The notes: generated by a model from the letters alone, not told the origin. A stretch of DNA of 64,000 nt from Minisyncoccota bacterium (GCA_022843285.1 JALHNY010000005.1:10315-74314); one strand, 5' to 3'; positions 43,531-52,707 are shown, numbered from the stretch's first letter. Made by a program: numbers and translations.

Positions 43531-43785
43531 GAAGTGCCTCCAGAATTGATTTGAGCGGGGAACCGGACTCCCACGCCCCATTCGACCCCCCTCCTACTCA
43601 AATTCTCGTGAGGACGTGAAAGAATTAGTAGAGTGAGAGAGGTGAGGGACTGAAATCAATCCATTTCTTCTGTGATTCCGAGGAGTTGCGACGCTAGATT
43701 TCGACGAAATTCCGCAACCGACTCGCGAAAGTCCACATTTGTGAAAACCGGTCTCCGCGACACATAGTCTTGGACGGTTTCAAAA

Positions 43786-43815
43786 TAAGGGTGGACTTGG
43801 AGGGTCCAGCACCCT
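43786..43815 (-). terminator. hairpin followed by a T-rich tract on the minus strand
   Basis: TGGAC...GTCCA stem. On the minus strand it is followed by TTATTTTGAAA, just after the stop of the 43818-45128 gene. Confidence 0.35.
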
Positions 43816-43817
43816 TT

Positions 43818-45128
43818 TCAGTTCCGACCGTTTTTCGCAGCGCTTGCCTTGAGCACTTCGGGCGACGGAACTCGCGCGGCGGAGAGCAGGATTTCGCTGT
43901 CCGTGTCGTTCCTCACCGCGCTCAGCAGCGTCACTTCACCCTCGGCTGTGCGCTCGACGTCGGAGTGCAGCATGCCACTCTGTTGAAGCGATGCGACGGC
44001 CGCGTTGAACGCGTTCGCGTTGATGGCCGAGCTGCGCATCACGAGGCGCATGTCGAGCGGCTCCTTCGAGTCGTTCAGGATGCGGTAGATGCGCAACGCG
44101 AGCTTGTCGCCGCCGAGGTCGTTCTGAGAGCGCGAGAAGCACGAGCGCACCAAACCCGGCGAGTCGTCCCACCACTGCTGCCACAGCTCGCGAGCGCGGC
44201 GCACGGCCTTCACCGTGATGACCGGCGACTCAGGGTCCATGTCCACCTGTTCGATGGCAGCCATCTTCGCCAGGTGCGCCTTCGAGCGGCCGAGCGTGAA
44301 GTTCAACGACGGGTCGACGTGCTCGGCCGGCGTGGTGCCCCACACCTTCCGAGCCTCGGGCTCGAAGTCGAAGATGAAGTTCTTGAAGCCCTTCGCGAGC
44401 CACGTGCCGCGGTTCTTGAGGCGCGTCTTCCTCTGCACGACGAGCCGCTCCAGAAGCTTCCGAGAGAGCTCACGAAAGAGCGACTCGGGCACCGGCGTCG
44501 GGTCCTCGAGCACGCGGCTGCGCACGCCGTGGATGAGCATCGTGCGCGACATGAACCCGCCCTGCCAGTCAGCGGTGTCCGTGTGAGACGAGAGCAGCTC
44601 GGGCGCGATGCCGCCGAGGAGGCTCACGCGAGGGAGCTTCACCTCGAGCGTCGACTTCGAGAGCTGCCGACGGAACGTCTTCACGTCGTACATGCTCATC
44701 AGCATCGACTTGTTCGCTGACGCGTACTGGCGTTGCGCCTCCAGCAGGAACTGGCTCATCTCGGTCAGCGCGATGAGCGCGGCTGGGCCGTTCTCTTTCG
44801 GCTTCGTGAGCTGCAGGTTGTAGAGGTAGCTCGCGAACCCCTCGGGCGTGAACGAGTCGGGCGCGATGATGAGCTTGTCGACGGCGGTCGCGATGCTCGT
44901 CGCGAAGTGAATCGACGTGCTCTTGCGCGACTGCGCGCTCCCGCCGACGAGGACAATCCAGAGGTTCGGCCACATCGGCTCGGGCCCCGAGGCGATGCGC
45001 AGCCGGTTCATGTTCCTGGAGAGCAGTGCGCCGTACACTGCGTACGCTGCTGCCCGGTGGAACTGTGATGGCGCATCGCAATAATCGCCCATGCGCTTCT
45101 CGTACGACCGGAGAAACCCCTCGCTCAT
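43818..45128 (-). CDS. P-loop-like protein (possible replication initiation or helicase-loader family)
   Basis: WIVLVGGSAQSRKSTSIHF resembles a degenerate Walker A motif. 436 aa. Confidence 0.5.
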   Translation of the reverse strand: MSEGFLRSYEKRMGDYCDAPSQFHRAAAYAVYGALLSRNMNRLRIASGPEPMWPNLWIVLVGGSAQSRKSTSIHFATSIATAVDKLIIAPDSFTPEGFASYLYNLQLTKPKENGPAALIALTEMSQFLLEAQRQYASANKSMLMSMYDVKTFRRQLSKSTLEVKLPRVSLLGGIAPELLSSHTDTADWQGGFMSRTMLIHGVRSRVLEDPTPVPESLFRELSRKLLERLVVQRKTRLKNRGTWLAKGFKNFIFDFEPEARKVWGTTPAEHVDPSLNFTLGRSKAHLAKMAAIEQVDMDPESPVITVKAVRRARELWQQWWDDSPGLVRSCFSRSQNDLGGDKLALRIYRILNDSKEPLDMRLVMRSSAINANAFNAAVASLQQSGMLHSDVERTAEGEVTLLSAVRNDTDSEILLSAARVPSPEVLKASAAKNGRN

Positions 45129-45286
45129 GTCACGCCCTCGGAATCACAGCGTTCCCACAACGGGCCTACGTCAGCCCGATGCCCTCACACTTCACGTTGA
45201 TGCCATCAGGATCGAAGGACGTCAACGACCGTCGTGAGGCTGTCAAGTTGAGCTTGTCACTGGTTCCAACCCGCACTACAGGTAGC

Positions 45287-45571
45287 GGTATGAACCGTTC
45301 AGTGGCCACAACGTCGACGAAGAAGGCACCGCCCCCCACCGCAAAGTACCGGGCTGCCGTCACCGTGGGGAAGAAGGTGAAGGCGTATCGGCTCAAGCAG
45401 AAGCTCACCCTGCGTGAGGTCGCCGAGAGGGCGAAGCTCTCGTATGAAGCGGTGCGGCTCGTCGAGACGGGGCGGTCCGGTTTCCGCGCGCTCACCAAGG
45501 TACTGCAGGCGCTCTCGGTACCGAAGGCTGCCCGCAACGTGCTCGTCTCCCTCTACGCGGTCGAGGTCTGA
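45287..45571 (+). CDS. XRE-family helix-turn-helix regulator
   Basis: LTLREVAERAKLSYEAVRLVETGRSG has the HTH_XRE pattern. AGGTAG RBS. A TTGTCA-N17-TACAGG promoter-like element lies upstream. Confidence 0.55.
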   Translation, partial: GMNRSVATTSTKKAPPPTAKYRAAVTVGKKVKAYRLKQKLTLREVAERAKLSYEAVRLVETGRSGFRALTKVLQALSVPKAARNVLVSLYAVEV

Positions 45572-45574
45572 ACC

Positions 45575-46027
45575 ATGCGCACCCAGGAAGAAATCGTCGA
45601 GCAGGTGAAGAAGAAGAGTCTGGCTCAGCCCTCGCTCCTTCACTTCGAGGTCGACGCGCTCATCAGCTGCCTGACCTTCGAGAACGCGAAACCGTGGCTC
45701 AAGGAAAATGTCACCGAGGAAGACTGGGAGTGCGAAGAGGACGTGCGGGCGACGGCGGTGGACCACCTGAGGTTCGCGTGGGACAAAGCCTCCGGCCACC
45801 GCGGCATCTCCGCCAGCCGCTCGGTTGACAAACTGACCGCGTACTGCTGGGTGCTCGGGCTTGAGACGAGCCTCATCGCTGATGCGCCCTACGCACAGTA
45901 CGGCTGCCCTCAGCTCAAAGTCATCGCGGAGCTTCTCGGTGAGCCCCTGCCGACGGACAAAAAACTTCTCCGCATGATGGCGGGCCAGTCCTGCGTGTCG
46001 CATTGCGAGCAAGGCTGCGGCAGCTGA
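45575..46027 (+). CDS. hypothetical protein
   Basis: 150-aa ORF. Confidence 0.5.
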   Translation: MRTQEEIVEQVKKKSLAQPSLLHFEVDALISCLTFENAKPWLKENVTEEDWECEEDVRATAVDHLRFAWDKASGHRGISASRSVDKLTAYCWVLGLETSLIADAPYAQYGCPQLKVIAELLGEPLPTDKKLLRMMAGQSCVSHCEQGCGS

Positions 46028-46069
46028 CGTTGCTCGGTCGTTCCGCCGCGCAATGGTACCTTCGAGCGC

Positions 46070-46450
46070 ATGGCGAACGAGACGACCATTCCGGCGGTGT
46101 TCATCGCGCCTCTGCGGCTCGCGCTCACGAGCCAGGGGTTCCCCGCTGAGACCATCACGAACGACGGCCGCATCAACCCGGCGGGTCTGCTGGCCGGCGC
46201 GTACGACACCATCGAGATTCGCAGCAACGTCAGCCCGCCCATCATCATCGACACGCGCGAGCTGCTCAAAGACGGCGGCCCCAACCCGCTGATGAACACC
46301 ATCAAGCCCACCATCGTGCTCAGCGGAGCGTCGGGCCGAAACCTCATCGCGCCATACGGCGTCGCAGACTCGGGTGGCTGGATTGTCCCGCTGTTCGTCG
46401 CGGGCTTCCTGCTCGGCGTCGGCGTGCTCGTCGGGAGGGCCACCGCATGA
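46070..46450 (+). CDS. membrane-anchored protein (C-terminal TM helix)
   Basis: C-terminus WIVPLFVAGFLLGVGVLVG. Confidence 0.5.
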   Translation: MANETTIPAVFIAPLRLALTSQGFPAETITNDGRINPAGLLAGAYDTIEIRSNVSPPIIIDTRELLKDGGPNPLMNTIKPTIVLSGASGRNLIAPYGVADSGGWIVPLFVAGFLLGVGVLVGRATA

Positions 46451-46623
46451 ACCAGCGTCCACTCAGGGGCTTCCAGACGGACGCCCAGAAGGCCATCACG
46501 TCGAACCCCGACTACTTCGTCTGGTGGTACACGGTGAAGAGCGTGGGCCTGGGGCTCGTCGCTGCGTACGCGGCGTACCTGCTCGGCCGTGAACACGGCC
46601 GAGCGAAGTGCTCACGGCGCTAG
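46447..46623 (+). CDS. 58-aa single-TM micro-protein
   Basis: ATGA overlap. Below the ORF-track size cut-off. Hydrophobic segment VGLGLVAAYAAYLL. Confidence 0.35.
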   Translation: MNQRPLRGFQTDAQKAITSNPDYFVWWYTVKSVGLGLVAAYAAYLLGREHGRAKCSRR

Positions 46624-47064
46624 AGCAGCCTTCCGCGCCTCATCGAGCCTGCGAATGTCATCGGAGACCGGCGACTTCTTCCACTCGTCGTGCATCAGCC
46701 GCGCTTCGTGCATGCACGCGTGAATCGTGTCCTCTTTGAAGAACGGGTCGATGTCCATGAGCAGGTTGCCGATGGCGCATCGGGGCGAGTGCACGACGGT
46801 CGATTGCCGGTACGAGTAGTACCCGTCATCGGGTGACCGCTCGCGCTCGACTCTGAACGGCACGAGCGGCGGCCCATCTCGGTGCCAGTCGCTGCAGAAC
46901 GGACACCGCTCGGAGTTCGCCGCAGAGCGCAGCACCTTGACCAGCTCGGCCTTCACTGCCTTCCAGTGATGGAGCAGTCCGATGAACGCGTCGGGGTCCG
47001 ACACGCCGTACCCCTTGAGCGTGTCGAACACCACCTGCAGCTCAGGCTCGAGGTCGCGGCTCAC
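46612..47064 (-). CDS. Cys/His-rich hypothetical protein
   Basis: GTG start overlapping the upstream stop (GTGA). CPFCSDWH...C...C. Confidence 0.5.
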   Translation of the reverse strand: MSRDLEPELQVVFDTLKGYGVSDPDAFIGLLHHWKAVKAELVKVLRSAANSERCPFCSDWHRDGPPLVPFRVERERSPDDGYYSYRQSTVVHSPRCAIGNLLMDIDPFFKEDTIHACMHEARLMHDEWKKSPVSDDIRRLDEARKAALAP

Positions 47065-47306
47065 TTCTTCTTCGCCTTGGAGTTGGCCTTCAGACCTTCG
47101 CGAAGCCCTCGGGCGTAGGCCATCTCTCGACCGTACTCTTCGGAGAGTTCGCGCGCGACGTTCCACATCTTCTGGGCGTCGACGAAGTGGCCGTTCATCA
47201 GGTTGTCGGAGGCTCGGTTCGTGTGCCACAGGATTCGACGTCGAGTTTGGTCCGCGAGTTCTTCGGCTTCTTTGAGCGTCATCGTTCTCTCCTCGTAGAG
47301 CGTCAT
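47061..47306 (-). CDS. hypothetical protein
   Basis: ATG (MTLYEERTMTLKEAE...) with a GAAGG RBS. Confidence 0.45.
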   Translation of the reverse strand: MTLYEERTMTLKEAEELADQTRRRILWHTNRASDNLMNGHFVDAQKMWNVARELSEEYGREMAYARGLREGLKANSKAKKK

Positions 47307-47581
47307 TTTCGGACCTTCTTCGGCGGCTTCAACTTCAATGCGTTCGCGACGGCTTCGTCCCACGTGAAGCCGGTCGCCAATTGCGTCTTCCCGTGCATCA
47401 CGAGGTAGGCCCACGTGCCCTGGGGCGTGTAGTAGCCCCTGATGGCGACGCCCGGAAAGCGCTTCCAGAGCCGGTCGAGCTGGAAGTTACTCTGCCGTCG
47501 CACCTCATCGCCGAGCTGTTCCCGGCGCTTGATGCGCTCCTTCTCTTCCTTGGCGAGCGGACCATTCCCGAACGAAGCCAT
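47303..47581 (-). CDS. hypothetical basic protein
   Basis: ATG (MASFGNGPLAKEE...) with a GAGGAAGGAG RBS. Confidence 0.5.
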   Translation of the reverse strand: MASFGNGPLAKEEKERIKRREQLGDEVRRQSNFQLDRLWKRFPGVAIRGYYTPQGTWAYLVMHGKTQLATGFTWDEAVANALKLKPPKKVRK

Positions 47582-47877
47582 CAGCCGTGCTCCTTCCTCA
47601 AGTTGAGTGTGAAGTCGCGAGGCCTCAGCTTGAGGCTCTGCACGGTGCTCCACGTCAGGTAGCACATGTGACAGTCGCTCTTTCCGCGGTACGCAGGGCC
47701 GCCCTGCGCATGTTCATTGTCGTCGAGCGAGAGCCCACAAAGCGTGTGATAGTTCCCGGGCATCTCGACCTTGATGTGGACCTGGTCTTCGGTCCCGGTG
47801 TCGAGCACAGCGTGAACGAGCACGACCCACGGCTGCTGCATCTTCATCGGTGAGGGCAGAGGGCGCATGCGAATCAA
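47581..47877 (-). CDS. hypothetical protein
   Basis: 98-aa ORF. Confidence 0.45.
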   Translation of the reverse strand: MIRMRPLPSPMKMQQPWVVLVHAVLDTGTEDQVHIKVEMPGNYHTLCGLSLDDNEHAQGGPAYRGKSDCHMCYLTWSTVQSLKLRPRDFTLNLRKEHG

Positions 47878-47894
47878 CGTGCATCAACTCTTCC

Positions 47895-47926
47895 CTTGAC
47901 GTCAAGAACAGATTGACAGAAAACCG
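47895..47926 (+). promoter_or_regulatory. promoter-like tandem TTGACG / TTGACA elements upstream of the ATPase gene
   Basis: cTTGACGtcaagaacagaTTGACAgaaaacc sits immediately 5' of the ATG. Confidence 0.35.
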
Positions 47927-47933
47927 CGCACCC

Positions 47934-48764
47934 ATGCCGCTCATCCGCCTCGACAAGAAGCACGTCATCGACACCGACTCGAAGGAAGTGAAGGGTGACG
48001 GTCTGCGCGTGTGGATTGGCGGCGAGCCCGGCTCAGGGAAGTCGAACGCGTGCATGCTCATCGTCGCGCAGTACATCGAGCAGGGCGGGCAGGCGCTCAT
48101 CCTCGACGTGCACGGCGAGTACAGCGCGCTCTGGTCGCTCCGCCCCGGCGGAAAGCGGCGCATCGTCACCTACGGGTACGGCGACGGGCACCCCGTCGGC
48201 GAAGAGTCAGTCGAGCTGGTGATGAACCACCTGCGCGACGGCCACTCGGTGGTGCTCGACCTCTCACACTGGGCGCTCAAGCCTCGAGTGTGCGCCGCGT
48301 TCGTCGGCGACCTCATCCATGAGCTCTACGTGTACCGGCAACAGAACCCGAAGGGGAACACGCTCGTGCTCGTCGAAGAGGCTCACATCTTCGCGCCGCA
48401 GAACCAGTCGGTCGGCGACGCCGACAACATCCGCACCTTCGTGCTCGCGCTCACCGGTGGCCGGAAGTTCGGCCTGCACGTCGTGATGGCCTCGCAGCGC
48501 CAGTCGCTCGTCGACATCAACGTCGTGAGCCAGTGCAACGTGCGTCTGTTCTTGCGCGTCTCAGAGCAGAAGGACTGGCGCAACGTGGTGCGGAACTACC
48601 TGCCGCCGAAGTGCTCAGTCACCTGGTACAAAGACGACAAGACTGACCTCAACAAGTTCGATTCGGGCGACGCCATTCTGGTGTCGCGCTGGTTTCCGGT
48701 CGAACGTGTCCACCTGAACCAGTCGGCCATCCCGGTCGACGTCACCGTCGAGCGTGCATCGTGA
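47934..48764 (+). CDS. FtsK/HerA-superfamily ATPase, candidate genome-packaging ATPase
   Basis: Walker A GEPGSGKSN, the HerA-type LDVHGEY motif, and Walker B LVLVEEAH. About 277 aa. Confidence 0.65.
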   Translation: MPLIRLDKKHVIDTDSKEVKGDGLRVWIGGEPGSGKSNACMLIVAQYIEQGGQALILDVHGEYSALWSLRPGGKRRIVTYGYGDGHPVGEESVELVMNHLRDGHSVVLDLSHWALKPRVCAAFVGDLIHELYVYRQQNPKGNTLVLVEEAHIFAPQNQSVGDADNIRTFVLALTGGRKFGLHVVMASQRQSLVDINVVSQCNVRLFLRVSEQKDWRNVVRNYLPPKCSVTWYKDDKTDLNKFDSGDAILVSRWFPVERVHLNQSAIPVDVTVERAS

Positions 48765-49144
48765 ACTTCTCTGACCTTCCCCAGTGGCTGATGCTCGTCC
48801 CCTTCATCGTGCTCGCCGTCATCGCGGTGCTGCGTTACCTGCGCGAGCGCAACGCGCCCGAAGGCTCGCCGGATGAGTCGTGGGCCATCGCTGAATGGCG
48901 CAAGCACGGTGAGCGGGTGTTCGAGATGCACCGAGACACCGCCTCCATCTCGACGCGCATCACGTGGGCTCACCTCGCCGAGGCCGCCGAGCGAGACGCG
49001 AAGCGACGGGTCTGTGCGTGGTGCGGCACCGACGGGCACGGCTCCCACAAAGAGGGCATCACCAACGTGAAGGGCTCGACGCGCTCCTGGTACTGCAGCA
49101 ATCGCTGCTACCAACAGGGGCACACGTTCGAGGCCACGACGTGA
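48761..49144 (+). CDS. membrane-anchored Cys/His-rich protein
   Basis: GTG start overlapping the upstream stop (GTGA). N-terminal TM helix. CAWCGTDGHGSH...CSNRC. Confidence 0.5.
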   Translation: MNFSDLPQWLMLVPFIVLAVIAVLRYLRERNAPEGSPDESWAIAEWRKHGERVFEMHRDTASISTRITWAHLAEAAERDAKRRVCAWCGTDGHGSHKEGITNVKGSTRSWYCSNRCYQQGHTFEATT

Positions 49145-49353
49145 AGGCTGAAGACCTCTGGCAGGAGTTCATCGTCAACGTCAACTACAGCGGCATCTCC
49201 GTGCCGATGTGCGGGCTGTGCGGCAATCACGGCTTCATCGACACCACGTTGTACGTGAAGACGCCTGCAGGCTACTCGTGTGGCATTAAGGCGCCGTGCA
49301 TCTGTCCCAACGGTCGCAGCATCAAGCACCAGCGTGAGCGGAAGCCGGGTTGA
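49141..49353 (+). CDS. small Cys-rich protein
   Basis: GTG start overlapping the upstream stop (GTGA). CGLCGNHG...CGIKAPCICPNG. Confidence 0.4.
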   Translation: MKAEDLWQEFIVNVNYSGISVPMCGLCGNHGFIDTTLYVKTPAGYSCGIKAPCICPNGRSIKHQRERKPG

Positions 49354-49407
49354 GCGGTCCGACAGCGCACCTCTGATACCCTCGACGCCACACCCCGGAG
49401 GGGGAAC

Positions 49408-50205
49408 ATGTCGAAGAAGCCACGGAAGACCGTCGTACCGAAGAAGTACATCCCCGACGAAGAAATCCTTGCCGCGCAGGCCGGAGACGTCGCCGCACGA
49501 AACGCCATCATCGTGCGCACGATGCCCCTCGCTCGGTTCCTCGTGAGGCGTGTTCGCCCCCGCTCGGAAGCTGAAGCCGAAGACCTCCAAAGTGAGTCCG
49601 TGTTCGCATTGATGCGGGCCATCGACACGTACAAGTTGAACGCAGGAACGACCTTCGGGACCTGGGCCGGGTGGTGGATTCGCGCACGGCTCACACGCCA
49701 GCGTTGGCCCAAGACCGCTGAGGGTGTCGCGAGCCGTCGAACGGTGTCGCTCAACAAGAAGCTCCCCGACGACCAGACCGAATTCATCGACCTGCTCGAG
49801 GACAACGGGCCCATCCCCGATGAGCAGCTCGTCGAGAAGAGCGAGCAGAAAATCCTCGCCCGCCTCATTGCGACGTTGCCTGAGCACCACCAGCGCGTCA
49901 TCACGCTGCGATTCCAGGGTAAGACACTCGAGGAGATTGGTGACCAGCTCGACGTCACGCGCGAACGAGTGCGTCAGCTCCTCGACATGTACATCATCCC
50001 CAACCTCACTCAACGCGCCCGCGCCTTCGAGGACAACGATGCCGTCAACACACTGGTTCACCTGCCCCGCATGCAGCGTCGAAGTCGGAGCCAGCTCCGC
50101 GTGGCAAAGAGCTCACCAGAAGTTCTGTGCCCTGCGCCCCGTGACCGCCGTGACGGTGAAGAAGAAAGCTCGCAGGGAGAAGGTGCGCGTCACGACGCTG
50201 CCTGA
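49408..50205 (+). CDS. sigma-70-family RNA polymerase sigma factor
   Basis: Region-2-like GTTFGTWAGWWIRARL and region-4.2-like TLEEIGDQLDVTRERVRQL. The real C-terminus is probably shorter than the ORF. Confidence 0.65.
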   Translation: MSKKPRKTVVPKKYIPDEEILAAQAGDVAARNAIIVRTMPLARFLVRRVRPRSEAEAEDLQSESVFALMRAIDTYKLNAGTTFGTWAGWWIRARLTRQRWPKTAEGVASRRTVSLNKKLPDDQTEFIDLLEDNGPIPDEQLVEKSEQKILARLIATLPEHHQRVITLRFQGKTLEEIGDQLDVTRERVRQLLDMYIIPNLTQRARAFEDNDAVNTLVHLPRMQRRSRSQLRVAKSSPEVLCPAPRDRRDGEEESSQGEGARHDAA

Positions 50206-50254
50206 CCCGGGCGACGAGAACTTCCTGTCGAAGCTGCGCAAGGCACTCCGCTAG
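50039..50254 (+). CDS. possible small zinc-finger protein overlapping the 3' end of the sigma-factor ORF
   Basis: Alternative frame reads MPSTHWFTCPACSVE...HQKFC... and ends ...SKLRKALR. Speculative. Confidence 0.2.
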   Translation: MPSTHWFTCPACSVEVGASSAWQRAHQKFCALRPVTAVTVKKKARREKVRVTTLPDPGDENFLSKLRKALR

Positions 50255-50265
50255 TCAACTTCTGC

Positions 50266-50295
50266 TTGACAGGTGGAATGCCCGTCCCGTAGAAG
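50266..50295 (+). promoter_or_regulatory. promoter TTGACA-N18-TAGAAG ending 6 nt before the ATG (leaderless transcript likely)
   Basis: Read directly. The same motif occurs at 53052. Confidence 0.4.
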
Positions 50296-50301
50296 TCGCG
50301 C

Positions 50302-51453
50302 ATGAGCACTTTCGCGAATCCGGTCGTGGTCATCGACAATCTTCGTCCCAACCCCAACAGCGACACCCTCGACATCTGGGACGGCCCCCAGGGCCCGTGT
50401 CAGGTGAAGCGCGGGAGCTTCCAGCTGCACGACCTCGCCATCTTCGTGCCGGCCGACTCACTCGTCGACACCACGCGGCCCGAGTTCGCTCACCTCGCCA
50501 AGCTCGCCGACGGTCCGAATGGACGCTTCCCCGGCATGTTCCTCCTGCGCGGCGTCAAGCTGAGGGGGCAGCTCTCGGTCGGTCTGCTGCTCCCCCTCCC
50601 TCCCCAGTTCAGCTCGATGCCCGTCGGCACCGACATGAGCGAAGTGCTCGGCACCGTGAAGTGGACGCCCGTCGTCACGCAGGGCCACACCGACTACCCA
50701 CGTGCGCGAGCGGCCGACGAAGTTCCCCTGAAGGTACGCAGCGTGCCCGCGTACGACGTCGAAAACGCGTGGCGCTTCGCACGCTACGCCGAGACGGATA
50801 CCACGAAGCGTCAGTGGGTCATCTCCGAGAAGATTCACGGCATGAACTTTCGCATGTGCATGACGACCGACGGGAAGATTCTCGTCGGCTCGCGCACGCG
50901 ATGGCTCCGCGACGAGTGCGCCGACAAGCCCGGCGAGTGGTGGCACGAGGTGCTCAAGACGTACGACGTCTACCTCTGCTCGATGTTCGACTACGCCGAC
51001 AAGCACGGCTTCACGCGCAGCTCGCTCACGTTCTACGGCGAGGTGTTCGGGCCTACGCAGGACCTCAAGTACGGCTCCCCGAAGCTCGCCACGCTTCGGC
51101 TCTTCGACATCTACGACGGCGACCTCCAGACGTTCCTGGGCTGGTCGAGCTTCTTCGAAATCGCCTCACTGGGCCGGAAGGTGCCTGAGATGGTCGCACC
51201 GGCGCTGCAACAGACCGGCCTGCTCACGCTCAAGGAGGCCGTCGTCCGTGCTCGAGAACTCGCCCCCGGCCTGTCGACGCTCGGCCCCAACATGCGCGAA
51301 GGCGTCGTCGTGCGGCCTGAGCTGGAAGAGGTCGTCACGCTCACGGACACGGCGCCCGACGGTATGGTGCGCACGAAGCAGCAGCGCCTGCAGTTCAAGG
51401 TCATCAGCCCCGAGTACCTCTCCCGCAAGGACGGCTCCGAGGGGCAGGAGTGA
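50302..51453 (+). CDS. RNA ligase (Rnl2/Rnl5-like nucleotidyltransferase) with an N-terminal tRNA-binding-type OB domain
   Basis: Ligase motif I EKIHGMNFRM (KxHG) and motif IV/V-like EGVVVRPE. The N-terminal VVVIDNLRPNPNSDTLDIWDG matches the tRNA_bind (CsaA/Trbp111) pattern. Confidence 0.55.
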   Translation: MSTFANPVVVIDNLRPNPNSDTLDIWDGPQGPCQVKRGSFQLHDLAIFVPADSLVDTTRPEFAHLAKLADGPNGRFPGMFLLRGVKLRGQLSVGLLLPLPPQFSSMPVGTDMSEVLGTVKWTPVVTQGHTDYPRARAADEVPLKVRSVPAYDVENAWRFARYAETDTTKRQWVISEKIHGMNFRMCMTTDGKILVGSRTRWLRDECADKPGEWWHEVLKTYDVYLCSMFDYADKHGFTRSSLTFYGEVFGPTQDLKYGSPKLATLRLFDIYDGDLQTFLGWSSFFEIASLGRKVPEMVAPALQQTGLLTLKEAVVRARELAPGLSTLGPNMREGVVVRPELEEVVTLTDTAPDGMVRTKQQRLQFKVISPEYLSRKDGSEGQE

Positions 51454-51692
51454 TGTCCGAGGCTGCGGCCATGATGACGCTGGCCTGGGTGCTCGCCGCG
51501 TTCATCCTCGGCATCTTCATCGGTCACGTGGGGACGTACGTTCCGCCCGACAAGCAGTCGAACTTCTTCGTCGAGTGGCTTCGCACGCGCCACGAGTACC
51601 GCATGCGGCTCCTCGCCCACCGCGAACGATGGTTCGAGGTCGACAGCGCTCGACCGCGCCCTGGTGAGTGGCGGCAGGAGACGAAACCGTGA
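51450..51692 (+). CDS. small membrane protein
   Basis: Overlaps the upstream stop. TM segment MTLAWVLAAFILGIFIGHV. Confidence 0.45.
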   Translation: MMSEAAAMMTLAWVLAAFILGIFIGHVGTYVPPDKQSNFFVEWLRTRHEYRMRLLAHRERWFEVDSARPRPGEWRQETKP

Positions 51693-51928
51693 ACCCCACC
51701 ATCCCCATTCCGCACAGCGTGCTGCGGTTCGACTTCCGCTACACACTGCAGAGCATGCCGGTCGGCAACGAAACCGTCGTGACGTACATTGTCGAGATGA
51801 GCGACGAGACGCGCTCGCTCGTGGCCCGCGGTTCCTCCGGTGTTTCGTTCCAGGACGCGGAGCACGCACTGCTCAACAGCGGCGCCGCGCGCATCGCACT
51901 CGCAGCACTCAGGGAGAGGCACTCATGA
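51689..51928 (+). CDS. hypothetical protein
   Basis: GTG start overlapping the upstream stop (GTGA). Confidence 0.4.
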   Translation: MNPTIPIPHSVLRFDFRYTLQSMPVGNETVVTYIVEMSDETRSLVARGSSGVSFQDAEHALLNSGAARIALAALRERHS

Positions 51929-51956
51929 ACTGGCAGAAGTACGTAGGGGGTTCGAA

Positions 51957-52259
51957 ATGAAGCGCCTCAAGATGCTCAAGGTCAGCGTCGAGCACCCGAC
52001 GCTCGTGAAGATTCCTGCGCCCGGCGAGGAGGCGGACCTCGAGCGCGTCTCCGGGCGCATCCGCATCACGTGGCCCCACAACTGGTCCGAGCTGCCGCCG
52101 CTCTGGAAGGCCGTCCTCCTCCGTGAGCTCACGCTGATGCTCGTGCACAACGTGCTGCGGGGCAGCCCCGACCGCGAGGCCACCATCGAAGAGCTGAAGG
52201 CGCAGAACGTGTTCGGTCCTCCGCCCCCCGAGCCAAAGAAGAAGGAAAAGAAGACGTGA
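51957..52259 (+). CDS. hypothetical protein
   Basis: ATG in frame with ORF 51840-52259. Confidence 0.45.
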   Translation: MKRLKMLKVSVEHPTLVKIPAPGEEADLERVSGRIRITWPHNWSELPPLWKAVLLRELTLMLVHNVLRGSPDREATIEELKAQNVFGPPPPEPKKKEKKT

Positions 52260-52459
52260 GTCGCCCGAACCGCAGCAGCAACATTCGTCGCTGTCAGAAG
52301 CTCGGTCGACACCACTGGCGGCCCATCACGACCACCACGCTCATGGACGAACTCACTCACGGCGCGTATTTCGCGGGCGCCGGTGTTCGGAAGTACCTGC
52401 GCACCTGCACGCGCTGCGGCGTGCGCCAGTGGGTGACGGACAACAGGACCTACCGATGA
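52256..52459 (+). CDS. small zinc-ribbon protein (RRCQKLGRHHW...CTRCG)
   Basis: Overlaps the upstream stop. Confidence 0.45.
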   Translation: MSRPNRSSNIRRCQKLGRHHWRPITTTTLMDELTHGAYFAGAGVRKYLRTCTRCGVRQWVTDNRTYR

Positions 52460-52707
52460 CGCACCCCAACGGCTTCCACGAGCGCGCTCCAAGGCGCATC
52501 GTTCGACCTCACCGTCGCGTACGCCTCGCGCATCCGCATCTTCAGCACCCCCACCTCATCATCGATGTCGATGCGATGTACCGCGTGCTCAAGGGCCCAG
52601 CTCGTGAGCGCGTGAAAATGACCTTCCTCGGTCAGCGGTACGGCGCGAGCCCTGAGACCGTGATGCGCATGTTTCTCCAACAATCGGTGCAGAGAATCGT
52701 GCGATGA
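52456..52707 (+). CDS. hypothetical protein
   Basis: ATGA overlap with the upstream gene. Confidence 0.4.
   Translation: MTHPNGFHERAPRRIVRPHRRVRLAHPHLQHPHLIIDVDAMYRVLKGPARERVKMTFLGQRYGASPETVMRMFLQQSVQRIVR

Noticed and set aside
47934-48764. Interpreting the FtsK/HerA ATPase as a conjugative VirB4/TraG coupling protein, which would make the element an ICE or plasmid
   Set aside because: At about 277 aa it is far smaller than VirB4 or VirD4. No relaxase, pilus or T4SS genes are present, and the context is virus-like.
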